The notes beneath the pieces were generated by a model that saw only the letters and a list, made by a program, of their open reading frames with translations, was not told the DNA's origin and made no database searches. DNA of 64,000 nucleotides from Octopus sinensis (Eukaryota), in the NCBI RefSeq assembly GCF_006345805.1, contig NC_042999.1, forward strand, positions 172,608,001 to 172,672,000, in the 5' to 3' direction. The position numbers were made by a program, and so were the translations under genes. Positions 12,104-23,800 of the stretch are shown piece by piece; position 1 is the stretch's first letter; each line of letters begins with the position of its first letter.

Positions 12104-12965
12104 ATACTATATTCTGCGAAGGCGAACTTCTGATGTATCCCAAGCAACAACCCATCAGTGGCTGAGAATTTCCGGACTGAAAGCAGAGATTGAAGATCAT
12201 CTGTCGGCAGCATAATATCAAAGCTTGCTTACCAGAAACTACCAGGCTAAAGTTCTTCAAATTGATCCTGACCTTAAATGCAGATTCTGTGACACATTTG
12301 ACGAAAACATAGACCACATTTCGAGATGTCCTGTGTAACACCAAATGAATATAAAAATCGCCACGATAGAGTAGGACGGTATTGACATTGGAAAATAAGT
12401 AAACTCTACAAAATCGACACTCCTGCTTATTTGTATGAACATTATCCTGATTCAGTCGCTGAAGGTAAAAATGTCAATATCCTCTCCGATTTCCCAGTCA
12501 ATACCGACAGAACGATCAAGGAGAATCGACCAGATATAATTATTAAACACAAGGCAGAAAATACTTGTAGACTAATAGATATAAGTGTTTCCACTGGTAA
12601 AAATATATTTGTAAAGGAATTTGACAAATTAAATAAATATACGTACCTGCGAATTGAAATACTAAGCATGCGGCATCTTAAATCGAGAAGTGTTCCTGTT
12701 AATGTAGATGCCATAGGTATCATAAAAATGGAACGTCACAAATATCTAGACAACATCCCAAGAGAATCATGTCCCTCAGAAATCCAAAACATCGTGCTGA
12801 CAAGTACTATCCACAGCCTTAGAAAAAGTCTGCTACTTTCCGTCACCAACTTTTAGTCATGTTATAACATATCTTATCCTCCACTCGCTCTAGGTCGCTG
12901 GGTGTACCTCGGCAAGTGATTGTAACAGACATGCAGATGAAAAGTAAATCACAATAATGATAATA
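12095..12965 (+). mobile_element. R4/Dong-clade non-LTR retrotransposon 3' fragment (zinc knuckle + restriction-like endonuclease), pseudogenised
   Basis: Translations HQWLRISGLKAE, SLLTRNYQAKVL, KCRFCDTFDENIDH, and ORF 12431-12856 with NRPDIIIKHKAENTCRLIDIS (PD..D motif); AAT-type tail. Confidence 0.9.
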
Positions 12966-13094
12966 ATGAAAAAAGAGAAAAGCATCGGAGGGACGATGCA
13001 TTCTCTGCACACACACACAAGTATAAGACAGAGTTTAATTTAATGAATATATTCTCAGACGAATTCATATTTCGTCAAAATGATAACACGAGTT

Positions 13095-13337
13095 AATTCC
13101 CCTGCTTATCGCTTATGCATGTGTAAGAAAGGGAGGGAAAAGTTTTTTGTTCACTCGTCTACTGATTTTGAAGATAATCAAACCAAAATTTACTGAGTTC
13201 ACGCCACTTACCAAATGAATATTTCTGCCAAATTTGGTGAAAATCATTCAGCCGTTTTCCAGTAATTTTGTAAAAACACAGACAAACAGGCACAGACGAG
13301 TGACTACAATACCCTGTTTTCGCTTACGCGCGTAGGG

Positions 13338-13340
<3 letters not shown>
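13095..13340 (+). mobile_element. Possible Helentron-associated non-autonomous element (HINE/DINE-1-like)
   Basis: AAATTTGGTGAAAATC-TTCAGCCGTTTT, an (ACAG/ACAA) microsatellite, and a 3' ACAATACCCTG...GCGCGTAGGGTAA stem-loop; this layout is typical of HINEs (recalled, not searched). Confidence 0.4.
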
Positions 13341-13465
<125 letters not shown>

Positions 13466-13479
13466 GATGAAATACGCAA

Positions 13480-13805
13480 GAAGGGAATACACACACAATA
13501 GACGAATTACGCAAGAAGGGTCTGCACAACCAATTCCATGAATCCACAACAGAGGTTGCCGGAGAAGATAGGTGGGATTTGCTGATGAAAGGAACACTAA
13601 AAAAAGAGACCAAGTCCAAACTTTGGCCAAGACTGGAGGGTCAACTTAGGAATGGGAAAGTTTCTCCGCTGTGCCGCATCTGCATTATTGTGAGTGAGTG
13701 AAACCATTGCCCATATCATGATCAAATACCGTAGATTTGCCCCAAACCACTAAAGGTTGTGGCAACACGACGAAGTAGCGAAAGTGTTACATTGGAAACT
13801 GAGCT
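13480..13805 (+). mobile_element. R4/Dong LINE fragment (pre-knuckle and zinc knuckle)
   Basis: Translates to RKKGLHNQFHESTTEVAGEDRWDLLMKGTLKKET, VSPLCRIC, ETIAHI, QHDEVAKVLHWKL. Confidence 0.8.
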
Positions 13806-14036
13806 TTTCATAAGCAATAAAAGATGTTTTAAATAGAGAAGAGGTAATCGAAGCATTCGAACAGTTTATCACAGCAAAAAGATGAATTTTTTTCTTTAAG
13901 ATGGAATATATGACATAGAGAAACGTTGGGTAAACGTCATAAATAAAAATGGATCATACTTGATTAAATAAATCAGTTCTCTAACATTTTATTACTTTCA
14001 AATACGACATTTCATGTGAAACAACCTAATATATAT

Positions 14037-14141
<105 letters not shown>

Positions 14142-14975
14142 CATACTTATATATAGGTTGAATTATATCAATTTATGTGTTATATTTATCCAGATGTGTG
14201 TGTGTGCTTATAAGCATATTTATGCATATATATATGTGTGTGTATGTATGTCTATATACATACATACACACGTCATATTGTATATACATATATGTTTGTG
14301 TATATTGGGAAAAACATGCTTTAACACGTTCATATAGGGACGACTATGTTCCAATTAAATATATTTTACCGAAACGTATTCGTATATGCATATCATAAAC
14401 TTGTAGTTGTTTACAAAACATATTCTTTTAAATGAAATTTTTTAGGCTCTCTGGGCTTCTGCTACATGATGTGAACTAGTTTACTCTTCTGCGTTTTTAT
14501 ATTGTATTTCGAATGCTCTTTTCTATTGTATCGATTTTTCCGAGAAAATTTGACCGTTAGTATTTAGCATCATAGGTTTTACATTTGTGACATATATTAA
14601 TCATTATTTGTAGATTAATGTAGCGATATATTGCTTTCAAAGCAGTGTTCTATTTTTGTACAGAATGCAAGAAAATATGAAAATATATTCTGTCAATTTT
14701 TTCCCTGACTCTATGGATTGTCAAGAAAATACATAAAATTAAATATATCGATAGCCATTTTTTTTTAAATTCGCAAAACTTGAATGATATATAAACACCA
14801 TGTCGATTGGACCATATTTAAATAGATCATACATGCATATATTACTACATCGCAAAGAAGCATAACATTATACATATATGTGCGTGCGTGGTATGTAGTG
14901 AGCTTACGTATATATGTATTTTACTCACACACACAAGCATACACATTGAAACACATTCACACATACACATAGATA

Positions 14976-16221
14976 GTGGATAATCCCATAAATAATGCGG
15001 CATTTTCAATTGCATGAACTAAAAGTTGAAAGAGGACGGAATAAACTACCTGCGTCAACGTGGTATAAAAGAAAGTAGTCATTTTACCTTGTACCTACTC
15101 TTAGTGCAAGTTTTGGAACGTGCAATTCGATTTTAAATGCTATTTTTTCAAAGTAGTAATAGAATTGGCAAAGGAGCATATTCGGCATATTTTGCTTTAA
15201 AAGTTCAATAAAGGCAACAACACAACGGAAAGACCTAGGAATATTACTGCAGTATATGGGGATCAGACAAAAAGCGCAAGCCAGAGTCATTGGTGGTTCC
15301 AGAAATTCCCAGCCGGAAACTACAGCCTAGAAGACGAGCCTGGTCTTGGAAGATTTATAGAGCGCGACGAGGACGTCCTGCAAACCCTGGTTGAACAAAA
15401 TCCTTTCGTAATTTTTGAAGAACTAGCATAGAGGGTTGAATTTATCATTCAACCATTCAACACATGTGTGCAATTGAAAAAGTCGGGAAATTGGGCCAGT
15501 GGGTTCATCATAAAATCTACGAGTCTAATCGCGCATAGAGAGTAAATGTGTGATCTTTGCTACCACGTCGCACGAACAAAAGCTTTTGAACCGAATAGTG
15601 ATTGATGACGAGAAACGGGATCTCCAGAAAACTGTCAAGCGCTGAAGAAATGGGTAGGGAAAAAAGTAACACTGGCACCACAGGCTAAAGAAGGTCTTCA
15701 CCCACGTAATGTGTTGTTAACTCTTTGGTGGAATATGAAAGGTTTAATCCACTTCGAACTTTTAAACCCAAACCAAACGATAAAATAGATCAACTGCAGG
15801 CAGCTTGAGCAGCTTAAGTCAGCGATAGGAAAAAGAACCATTTTTGGTTTCAAGACAAACGTTGTTCTTCCATCAGGATAATGCTCGGCCACATACTGCT
15901 GGAGGATGACATTCCAAATTATGGAGCAGTTAGAATGGAAAACGTTGCCCCATCAAAAATATACGCCAGACATTGCCTCATCTGATTATCATTTGTTCCA
16001 TAATCTTCAAATTCATTTGGACAGCAAAAATATGATTTCTGCAGGCGAAGTCAGAACTGTAGTGGAGGAGTAATTATCGTCAGAGACAAGTGAATTTTGA
16101 AAGATGGGCTTTGCAAGTCTACCAGATAGATGGAAGACCATTGTAGAAAACGAAAGAGGACATATTTTAGATTAAGAAAGAAATTTTAAAAACTAAGAGT
16201 ATTATTTATGGGATGAAGCAA
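14976..16221 (+). mobile_element. Mariner (DD34D) DNA transposon, full length (~1.25 kb), dead
   Basis: TA-flanked degenerate TIRs sharing ATCCCATAAATAAT; internal transposase remnant. Confidence 0.92.
15159..16175 (+). pseudogene. Mariner transposase pseudogene
   Basis: IELAKEHIRHILL*KFNKG, WFQKF..GNYSLEDEP, HQDNARPHTA, PHQKYTPDIASSDYHLF; ATA in place of the start codon, TAA at 15198, and frameshifts. Confidence 0.9.
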
Positions 16222-16341
16222 TATATATATATACTCATATATATATATATGCATATATATATACATATATAAATATATACTTATATATATACATATAGAT
16301 ATAAATAAATATACACACATATATATATATATACATATATA

Positions 16342-16434
<93 letters not shown>

Positions 16435-16437
<3 letters not shown>

Positions 16438-16626
16438 GGTCCCGGGTTGAGTCGGGGTTAACCACAGTAAATAAGGTACTCAATACATAGCAGAGTAAAT
16501 TAATTTATTTTATAGAAGGAGCTTCTACAGGACTAGAACTGTTTCATTCAAAAGAAATCATCAGGAAGCTCCTGATGATTTCTTTTGAATGAAACAGTTC
16601 TAGTCCTGTAGAAGCTCCTTCTATAA
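16435..16626 (-). mobile_element. Penelope-like element terminal repeat (pLTR) fragment in an inverted arrangement
   Basis: Contains a hammerhead motif and a perfect 57-bp inverted repeat; lies next to a PLE RT remnant on the same strand. Confidence 0.7.
16518..16572 (-). ncRNA. Type I hammerhead ribozyme motif (canonical core)
   Basis: Minus strand: GGAGCUUC-CUGAUGA-U UUC UUUU GAA U-GAAA-CAG UUCUAGUC CUG-UA-GAAGCUCC. Stem I is 8 bp, stem II is 3 bp plus a U.U pair, stem III is 4 bp, and the cleavage triplet is GUA. Confidence 0.8.
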
Positions 16627-16649
16627 TATATATATATACATATACATAT

Positions 16650-17700
16650 ACATATATGAATATTTAATTAGTGCTGTTTAGCTTCAATTTTTTTCTTTTG
16701 CCTTTTACTTGGGATAGTTGTTCTATCAGTAATTACATATTCCGTTAATTTCACAAATAACAGGCAAGTTTGATTGGGTGAATTTAAATGTATTTGTGTG
16801 ACATGGTCTGTGTGAAACTACGATGTTCTGTTCTTCTGTTTCTGTTTCTAAGGTTACTCTGAATTGTTCTATAGGTATTTGCTTATTACGCTTAATGTGA
16901 TTTTCTATAATAAGTAATAGATATCTGTGTTTGAGTAGAAATCTTGAGTAAATTCTGTGAGATGTGTGACTCTGATATCTACTTCATCAACAATAGTAAA
17001 CATTTTACTGGTTAGAAATAAGACCTTAATCCGTTTTGTATGTGTTGGATGTCACAATATCAATTTCAAGTACTGATGTATACCTGTGTTTTTATAATGT
17101 ATATCAGTGTTGATTGTGATATCAAATTTAATTATCATTAGGCTTAGAAAGGATAGTTTTACATTGCTCACCTCCTTTATAAATTTCAGTGTTAAGTGCA
17201 TATTATTCAGGAGAATGCTGAATTTTTCCAAAGTATCTGCAGGTTTTATCCAGCTTAGGAAATAATTATCGAAATATCTCCGTCATGCACTAGCAATATA
17301 CGTTCTAAATTTAGGTGACATAGTATTTGCCTACTCTTTCATATACTCGTTGTTCCAAGTATCCTGTTACTGAGTTCGCATAAACTGAGGCAAACTTGGT
17401 TCCAATTTCCTTTCCACAAATCTGAATTCAAAAAGAACGCGTGGCTTTCAAAGATGACATTGGAAGGCTATGGTGAATCTACTGGGAATCATTTGTCTAT
17501 GTTTTTCGATCCAATATTTAATTGCCGTTATTTCTAAATAATGCGGAATATTCGTGAAGGAGCTTACTACAACAACACTATCCAATAACGAATTCGATTC
17601 GAGTTCGATCTCCCATTTGAGAATTATAGTATCCTGGAAAATGTGTTTTAGCATTTCTTCGCGTCATTTCAAAAAAATCAATGAAATGTCGGAGCTGTAC
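16650..17700 (-). mobile_element. Decayed Penelope-like retroelement RT region
   Basis: Minus-strand fragments FTNIPHYLEITAIKYWIEK..IPSRFT, GTKFASVYAN, LLNNMHLTLKF, LSFLSLMIIK, NTDIHYKNTGIHQYL..HPTHTK match PLE RT motifs. Confidence 0.8.
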
Positions 17701-18069
17701 CATATCTTAAAAGTACGTGTCCTCTAAATTTCCCCGCCAATTTTTGTATAATCCATGAGAAATAATTGCAGTTGATTAACCAATGAGTTTACACATAGAT
17801 GAAATTGACGTAGGACACATTCACACTATGACAGTATACTTTCACGCTATATATGCATTTGTGTATCCGTAGATTTCTGTATGTGTACGCATCTGTGTGT
17901 GTTTTTTGTTTGGGCGATTATAACTTACATCTGTGAAAAAGACATCAATCTCAAAATACTATATGCTTTCTTTCGAAATTATATGCTGTGTGAGTGGAGA
18001 GAAGTGTTATCAAGCCAAATCATATGGAACAACAGGATTTCATTGTAATTTTTCTTCTTTCTTTTGTAG

Positions 18070-18099
18070 GTGAGTTCTTTAGAAGATACACAAGATTCT
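18070..18099 (+). other. Candidate 30-nt microexon / recursive-splice exon
   Basis: Strong pyrimidine tract TTTTTCTTCTTTCTTTTGTAG, then an exon that begins with GTGAGT, then a second GTGAGT at 18100; open in two frames (GEFFRRYTRF or VSSLEDTQDS). Confidence 0.5.
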
Positions 18100-18432
18100 G
18101 TGAGTTTGCAACTTATTTTCGTTTATAATCTATATTATTTTTCTGTTTAGTTATGTAGTATCAGTTTTCTTTTATGAATTTCTACCTACTTTTTTTATAT
18201 TTCTCTTTAAACATCTTTTCAAATCTCTTAATTTTACCACTATTTTTTTATCTTCGTGGTTTTTGGTCTTCTGCATCTCTCTTTGTTCTTTCTTGCTTTT
18301 AGATTTCTTCTTTTTTTTTAAATTTTTCCTTTGCTTTTCCAACATTTCCTTTTAACACACTGTTTTCTTTCTTCTTTTTATCATCATCATCATCATTCTC
18401 ATCCACATATTATTATTATTATTTTATTATTA

Positions 18433-18482
<50 letters not shown>

Positions 18483-18739
18483 TATTATTATTATTATTAT
18501 CATTGTTATTATTATTTTCATTACCATCTCTGAATTTTGTTTCCATTTGTTGCCGAGTGTCTTGCTGACACCTAGGGCAGAGAAATGCACTGTATATATT
18601 GGTAGACCATTAAAATAAACACACCAGATTGTCCATTTATAAAGTCATGTGATAGAGAAAAGGAGAAAGAAAGACAGGGGAAAAAAGGAAAGAAAATTAA
18701 AAGCAAACAAAGAAAATAAGTGGGGAAAAGGGAAAGAAA

Positions 18740-19290
18740 ATTCGCAGCGTCAATGCTCTTCTCAATACGTGTGACGCACGATCAAGACAATCTTTTGCAA
18801 TTCCTGTATGGATGGTAAGCCGGGGATCATTCTTGAATAATTTTCAGTTCCTCTTTTAATCATTCCAAGTCCTCCTGATATTGTAACCGTCCTGAGATGC
18901 GCCATATTTTCCATTTCGATCAGCAAATATTTATATTTTCTGAGCTTATCAAGTTCTTTTGCCGAAATATTATTGTTACAGAGTATGCTCCTGTCATTCA
19001 AGAAACATACTTTATTGTTTTGGTCTTTCGCAACAATATCTGGTTTATTTGCTTTGATAATCCGGCCTGTACATACTGGAAACTTCTAGAGAATCGTTAC
19101 ATTTTCTCCTTCAGTTACAGCGCCAGGGTGGTGCTTCTACAATTTGTCAGTAATTTTGATTTTATAATGCCGACATATTATCCAATGTAGGTAATGGCCA
19201 ACTCTGTCTTCTTTTGATCTGTACTCTACAGGTGTTAAAAATGTACACCCAGACATCAGGTGGTCCACTCTTTCTATCACATCATTTATT
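18740..19290 (-). mobile_element. R4/Dong LINE 3' fragment
   Basis: RVGHYLHWIICRHYKIK, ANKPDIVAKD, NNISAKELDKLRKYKYLLIEM, GGLGMIK, IQELQKIVL. Confidence 0.85.
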
Positions 19291-19664
19291 GTTATTATTA
19301 CTATTATTATTATTGTTATCATAATCTCTTCATCCTAAGTTTTGTTGGAGCTCCTGAAGTCTTGCCAGCGTAGCGGGCTTACTAACTGTAACCTACGGCA
19401 CCATGCTATTCGCTATATTCAGCTATCTAAAAATCTCCTTATTATTCTGGCCGTGCAAAGGAGGCAGACCTTTTGTAAGAATTCTACTAGGTAATTTATT
19501 CCAATTCTCTTCATATTCCTGTTGATACTTTCTGATACTATTCGCAAGAACTCAACAATAATTGTCACTAACTTCACCTTCTTCATTTTCCATAGTCGGG
19601 CTATTTCGTACTTAAAGGGATTGTATCTATCTGTCCATCACCATGGATAATGCCACATTTGGTG

Positions 19665-20145
19665 AGAGAGCAGCACATGTCCTCAAAGTGAGACTGGGGT
19701 ACAAATATATGAAGCCCAACATACCCAGCATGGCTCTCCGTTGGATAAGGGTACACTAGACACATGCATCACAGCCATATGTGCGCGACAAGGTGATCTC
19801 ATACCTAGTTGACTAGCGCATGACCTTGCAGACGGGGCTTAGCTAGAATTTGTTTCAGGTTGAGTGGCCTATCCCGCTCAAAAGGTCCCTGAATAAGGTT
19901 TGTTTAATGTTAATGAACAAAACACACGTTTCCAGAGGTAAATTATTCAAGCCCAAAGAATTCATCTCACCACATGACTATGATGCTCCCCCACTACATC
20001 ATCTCGTGATCAGAGATGCACATACCAACAGCCCCCAAGAGATATGCTCAACTGGTGACATCAACCAACTAACAATCTATAGCCCATCTTTTCTACCAAG
20101 ACAAAGCAAAACAATGTACATGATCACGCTTCCAATCAGTTAAGA
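19665..20145 (-). mobile_element. LINE-like 3' end, family E (longer copy)
   Basis: Homologous to 6950-7280. Confidence 0.7.
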
Positions 20146-20179
20146 TGAAAAGCCACGGGAGCCACTGCCTGATAGTGCA

Positions 20180-20304
20180 TAAGAGATTATCATTATTATC
20201 ATTATTATTATTATTAGTAGTAGTAGTAGTAATAGTAGTAGTAGTAGTAGTAGTAGCAGCAGCAGCAGCAGTAGTAGTAGTAATAGTAGTAGTAGTAGTA
20301 GTAG

Positions 20305-20336
<32 letters not shown>

Positions 20337-20337
20337 T
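20180..20337. repeat. (ATT)/(TAG)/(CAG) compound microsatellite at the LINE tail
   Basis: Directly visible. Confidence 0.95.
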
Positions 20338-22205
20338 TGCCGTCTTTGCACAGCTTCTAACGCTGAAGATGTACTATGGTGCCAGGGGTTCCAAGCAGTA
20401 CTACATCCTTTAGCAGCCCCTATTTGTTCCATGTACTTCTCAAGATTTTTACTCATTGTTCCCATGGCTCCAACAACTATTGGCACTACTACCACCATTT
20501 TCAGCCACCACAATTGCTTACTCTCCCAAGTTAACCTGTCATATCTATCGAATTTACTTTCTTCTTTATCGCATACTTTGTTGTCAGCTGGGCATGTTAT
20601 ATCTGTGATCCAGCATCATTTGCTTTCTTTCTCAATTAACATTATATCTGGTTTCCTTTTCTGTATTTCATGGTCGCACTGAATCATAAAACCCCATGGG
20701 ATCGTTGCCTTATCATTTTCGATGATGCCTTCGGTTTTATGTTCGTACCACTTTTTTGCTCTGACAAGTCCATACTTGTTGTAAAGTGTCAAATAGGCGA
20801 TCGTTGCTATATTGCCATGAGGAATCTTATATTTGTCTAGACTAGTGGCGGACATTGATTGGTAATATGCCATACGGTTTCAGCATGTTGTCCACAAATT
20901 CTGCACCTGTCACTTTCTGATGCATTTTATGTAATTGATTCTTAATCCTTGCTCTTGGGCAGCACAGATTAGAGCCTCCGTTTCCGGCTTTAAAACATTT
21001 TTATTCATCCATAGCCTTCTTCTCTGATTGTCTCTTCTTCAGTATCTCAATGAAATTGTCCATGGATTCTTTTTTTTATCCACCTATTTTCAGTTTCGTG
21101 TGATTGTACAGTGCTTTATCTTTGCAATATTCCATCCTTCACAAGCCTGACATTCTTACTTCCAATAATAGTGGTTCTGTGGCATTTTTACATACCATGC
21201 TATGTTGTTTTCTTCTGCTCTAATGCTATGTTCGCATCCAATCAGTACTCTTCCCCTATTTTCCTTGGTACATACAGTCTGTGTCATTTTGGATAGAGTA
21301 TCACATATCTAGTCTTTCTTCCTTCGTAGAGTATCCCATATCTAGTCAACTTCCTTTCTTTCCCTCTAAGCTGCTTAGTTCGTCTACTCTCCATACGATT
21401 AACTCTGCTCCATATCTAAGGAGTGAAACCACCCAGGTTTTGATACCTTCAATCTTATTCTGTCCGTTTAATTTCGATTTAAGTATCAGCCTGAATCTGC
21501 GAAAGTACTCAACCTTAAACTTTTCTGTCATTTATTTCTCATCCTTTTTATACATTTCCAATATCCCCAACTACTTCTAACGTATCTCTTCTATCTGCTG
21601 CATAAGCTTCCCCGACGGTATTGATAGCCCATCCATACATTTTATTTTGCCTCTCTTCAAGTCTAACGCACCACACTTTTTCAGTCGGAACACCATTCTG
21701 ATAGCACTGAAAGTATACACCGTATCAACGACGGAACTGATTTGGGATTCAACTTTACCTTAAAGTTTCAGTTCATCCAAGTGGTTTAATTTTTGTTGGC
21801 GGCTTTACAATACTTACCCAGCCTTTGTTTTCCTCAGAATCAGTGTTATTAGTATCACAGTACAAAGATCAGGGGGACTGGCAGTCCCCTTGGAAAGTGC
21901 CTCTCCTGATTTCTATTCTCCATAAACCTCCTCCATATGCTGTCGGTTCAGTCCTCCACTTGGCCATGTTTCTTTCAAGTAATCTCTCAACATTCGATGT
22001 AATACCAAATAGATTCATACATTCTATAATTCAAGAATGGGGGATCATATTGTACACATTACGATAATCGATTCATGACATGTCTAAGCTAGTTAACCTT
22101 CTATTGCAGTCTTTAAGTACAGCTTTATCTACCAGGAGTTGATCCTTGGTACTTCTGCACTTACGCTTGCAACCATTCTGCTCATATGGTAGGACTCCAT
22201 TTATC
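20338..22205 (-). mobile_element. R4/Dong LINE, ~1.9-kb 3' part (RT C-half, knuckle, RLE), pseudogenised
   Basis: FQGDCQSPLIF, INHLDELKL, KKCGALDLKRGK, EYFRRFRLILKSKLNGQNKIEGIKTW, RKPDIMLIEKE, VVPIVVGAMGTMSKNLEKY. Confidence 0.92.
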
Positions 22206-22499
22206 AGAGTCTGCAATCATCTCTGGCTTAACATTATACCGAGTCCGCATTTCTTGACAGTTTTCAAATAATAAAAATAAAACGCTACAAATTTTTTTAT
22301 CCATCAGGCTAGTGAATTCCAAGATATCTTAGGGAAATTTAGGATGTTCCTGAACTATCTTAAAGAATCTAGGATTTATATGTTTATAAATTTAGGAATT
22401 TACGAATTCTCATGACAATACTCATCTGCATATTTGAAATGGTGTTATAAAGTTTAAGTTAAAGGTGGTTTTACCTGACCCTGTAGCGTTAATACATTT

Positions 22500-23220
22500 G
22501 TGTCAGTGTCAATTCGTTTATAATCAATTTATTGAACACGTTCCACATATTTCACTTTAAAGCTACAAAACCAATGAAAAATGGTTCTTTTGTGCATAAT
22601 TTGCATATCTTTCTAAACGCAGGACATGTTCGTTTAATAAACGCATGTTTATAATCACAAAATTTGCATTTAGAAAATTTATTCATTTTGGCCAGGTGAT
22701 AAGGATCGGCAATTCCTCGACCTTTATGAGGAATATCGACTCTGTTAAAACGCCAGTTATTTGTGTTGTCATATGAAATTCACACATGCATCAAGTGACA
22801 TAATTCCCAGTTGCAGATATTTCAAAATTATTGATCTGTGTACTATATGATTCATTTGTGTCAATTTATATTCAATACATTGGTCAACCTGACCAAGCTT
22901 ATCGAACTCACATTATTGAGTCACGTTACATTGGCGCTGCAGCTATTTTTTTTATACAGGAGACAGACCATTCTTGATTCAGGAAAATTATCCTGATGCC
23001 TTTGGCAATGAATAACCAACCATCATTTCTCACATGATTCCTTATCGTCTTCGTATTTCACGGAAACATAAGAAGGAATTTCAGTTGCTTTGTAAGAACC
23101 TGTTATCTTCTTAGCAATACCAACTTCGTAATGATCTTTAAATTTCCTTCTTTGATAAGTCTCTTAACCCTGCTTCTACAAGTTCAGGGTCAGCCGATGC
23201 CAATTCGTCGAACTTAACAC
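22500..23220 (-). mobile_element. Possible Ty3/Gypsy gag remnant
   Basis: Minus-strand KCKFCDYKHAFIKRTCPAFRKICKLCTKEPFF resembles the Gypsy gag C..CG..H...CPA.GK.C..C.K.NHF knuckle; the surrounding sequence is full of stops. Confidence 0.45.
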
Positions 23221-23245
23221 CATGATGTAAATTACTGACAAAGCT

Positions 23246-23276
<31 letters not shown>

Positions 23277-23419
23277 AACACTAGCACACATGTTTATACT
23301 TGTATGTATGTATGTATGTATGTATGTATGTGTGTATGTATGTATGTGTGTGTGTATGTATGTATGTATTTATAGATAAATATATGTGGGGCTATACGTG
23401 TGTTTTTATCTTTAATTTA

Positions 23420-23800
23420 TTTCAGCTATTAGACGGCGACGATGCAAGGCCGCTACCTTGAAGAATTTTAGACTGAATCGAACCCAGGATATATTTAATG
23501 CCTGATACTTTTTTCTGTTGGATTTTGGCCGAATTGCTTAGTTACAGGGACGTAAGTACTTACAGAAGTCGTCGAGCGGTCGTGGAGGACATACGCAGAC
23601 ATAAAGACAGAGAGAGAGACACACACACAGCATAGAAACATATATGTATAGCGAAGCCCGTCGTATATACGTACGTCTATCAGCTTCCCATACAAGGCGT
23701 TCCTCATCCGAAGCTTGTATTAGAAGACACCAACTCAAGACACCCAGCAGTGGAGCATTGTGGTTGCGAAGTAAACTTTTTACCACACAACTACGCCCAT
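23420..23800 (-). mobile_element. SINE family B, degraded
   Basis: Reverse complement has GGGCGTAGTTGTGTGGTAAAAAG head, CGTCCCTGTAACTAAGC-ATTCGGCC and GGTTCGATTC. Confidence 0.65.
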
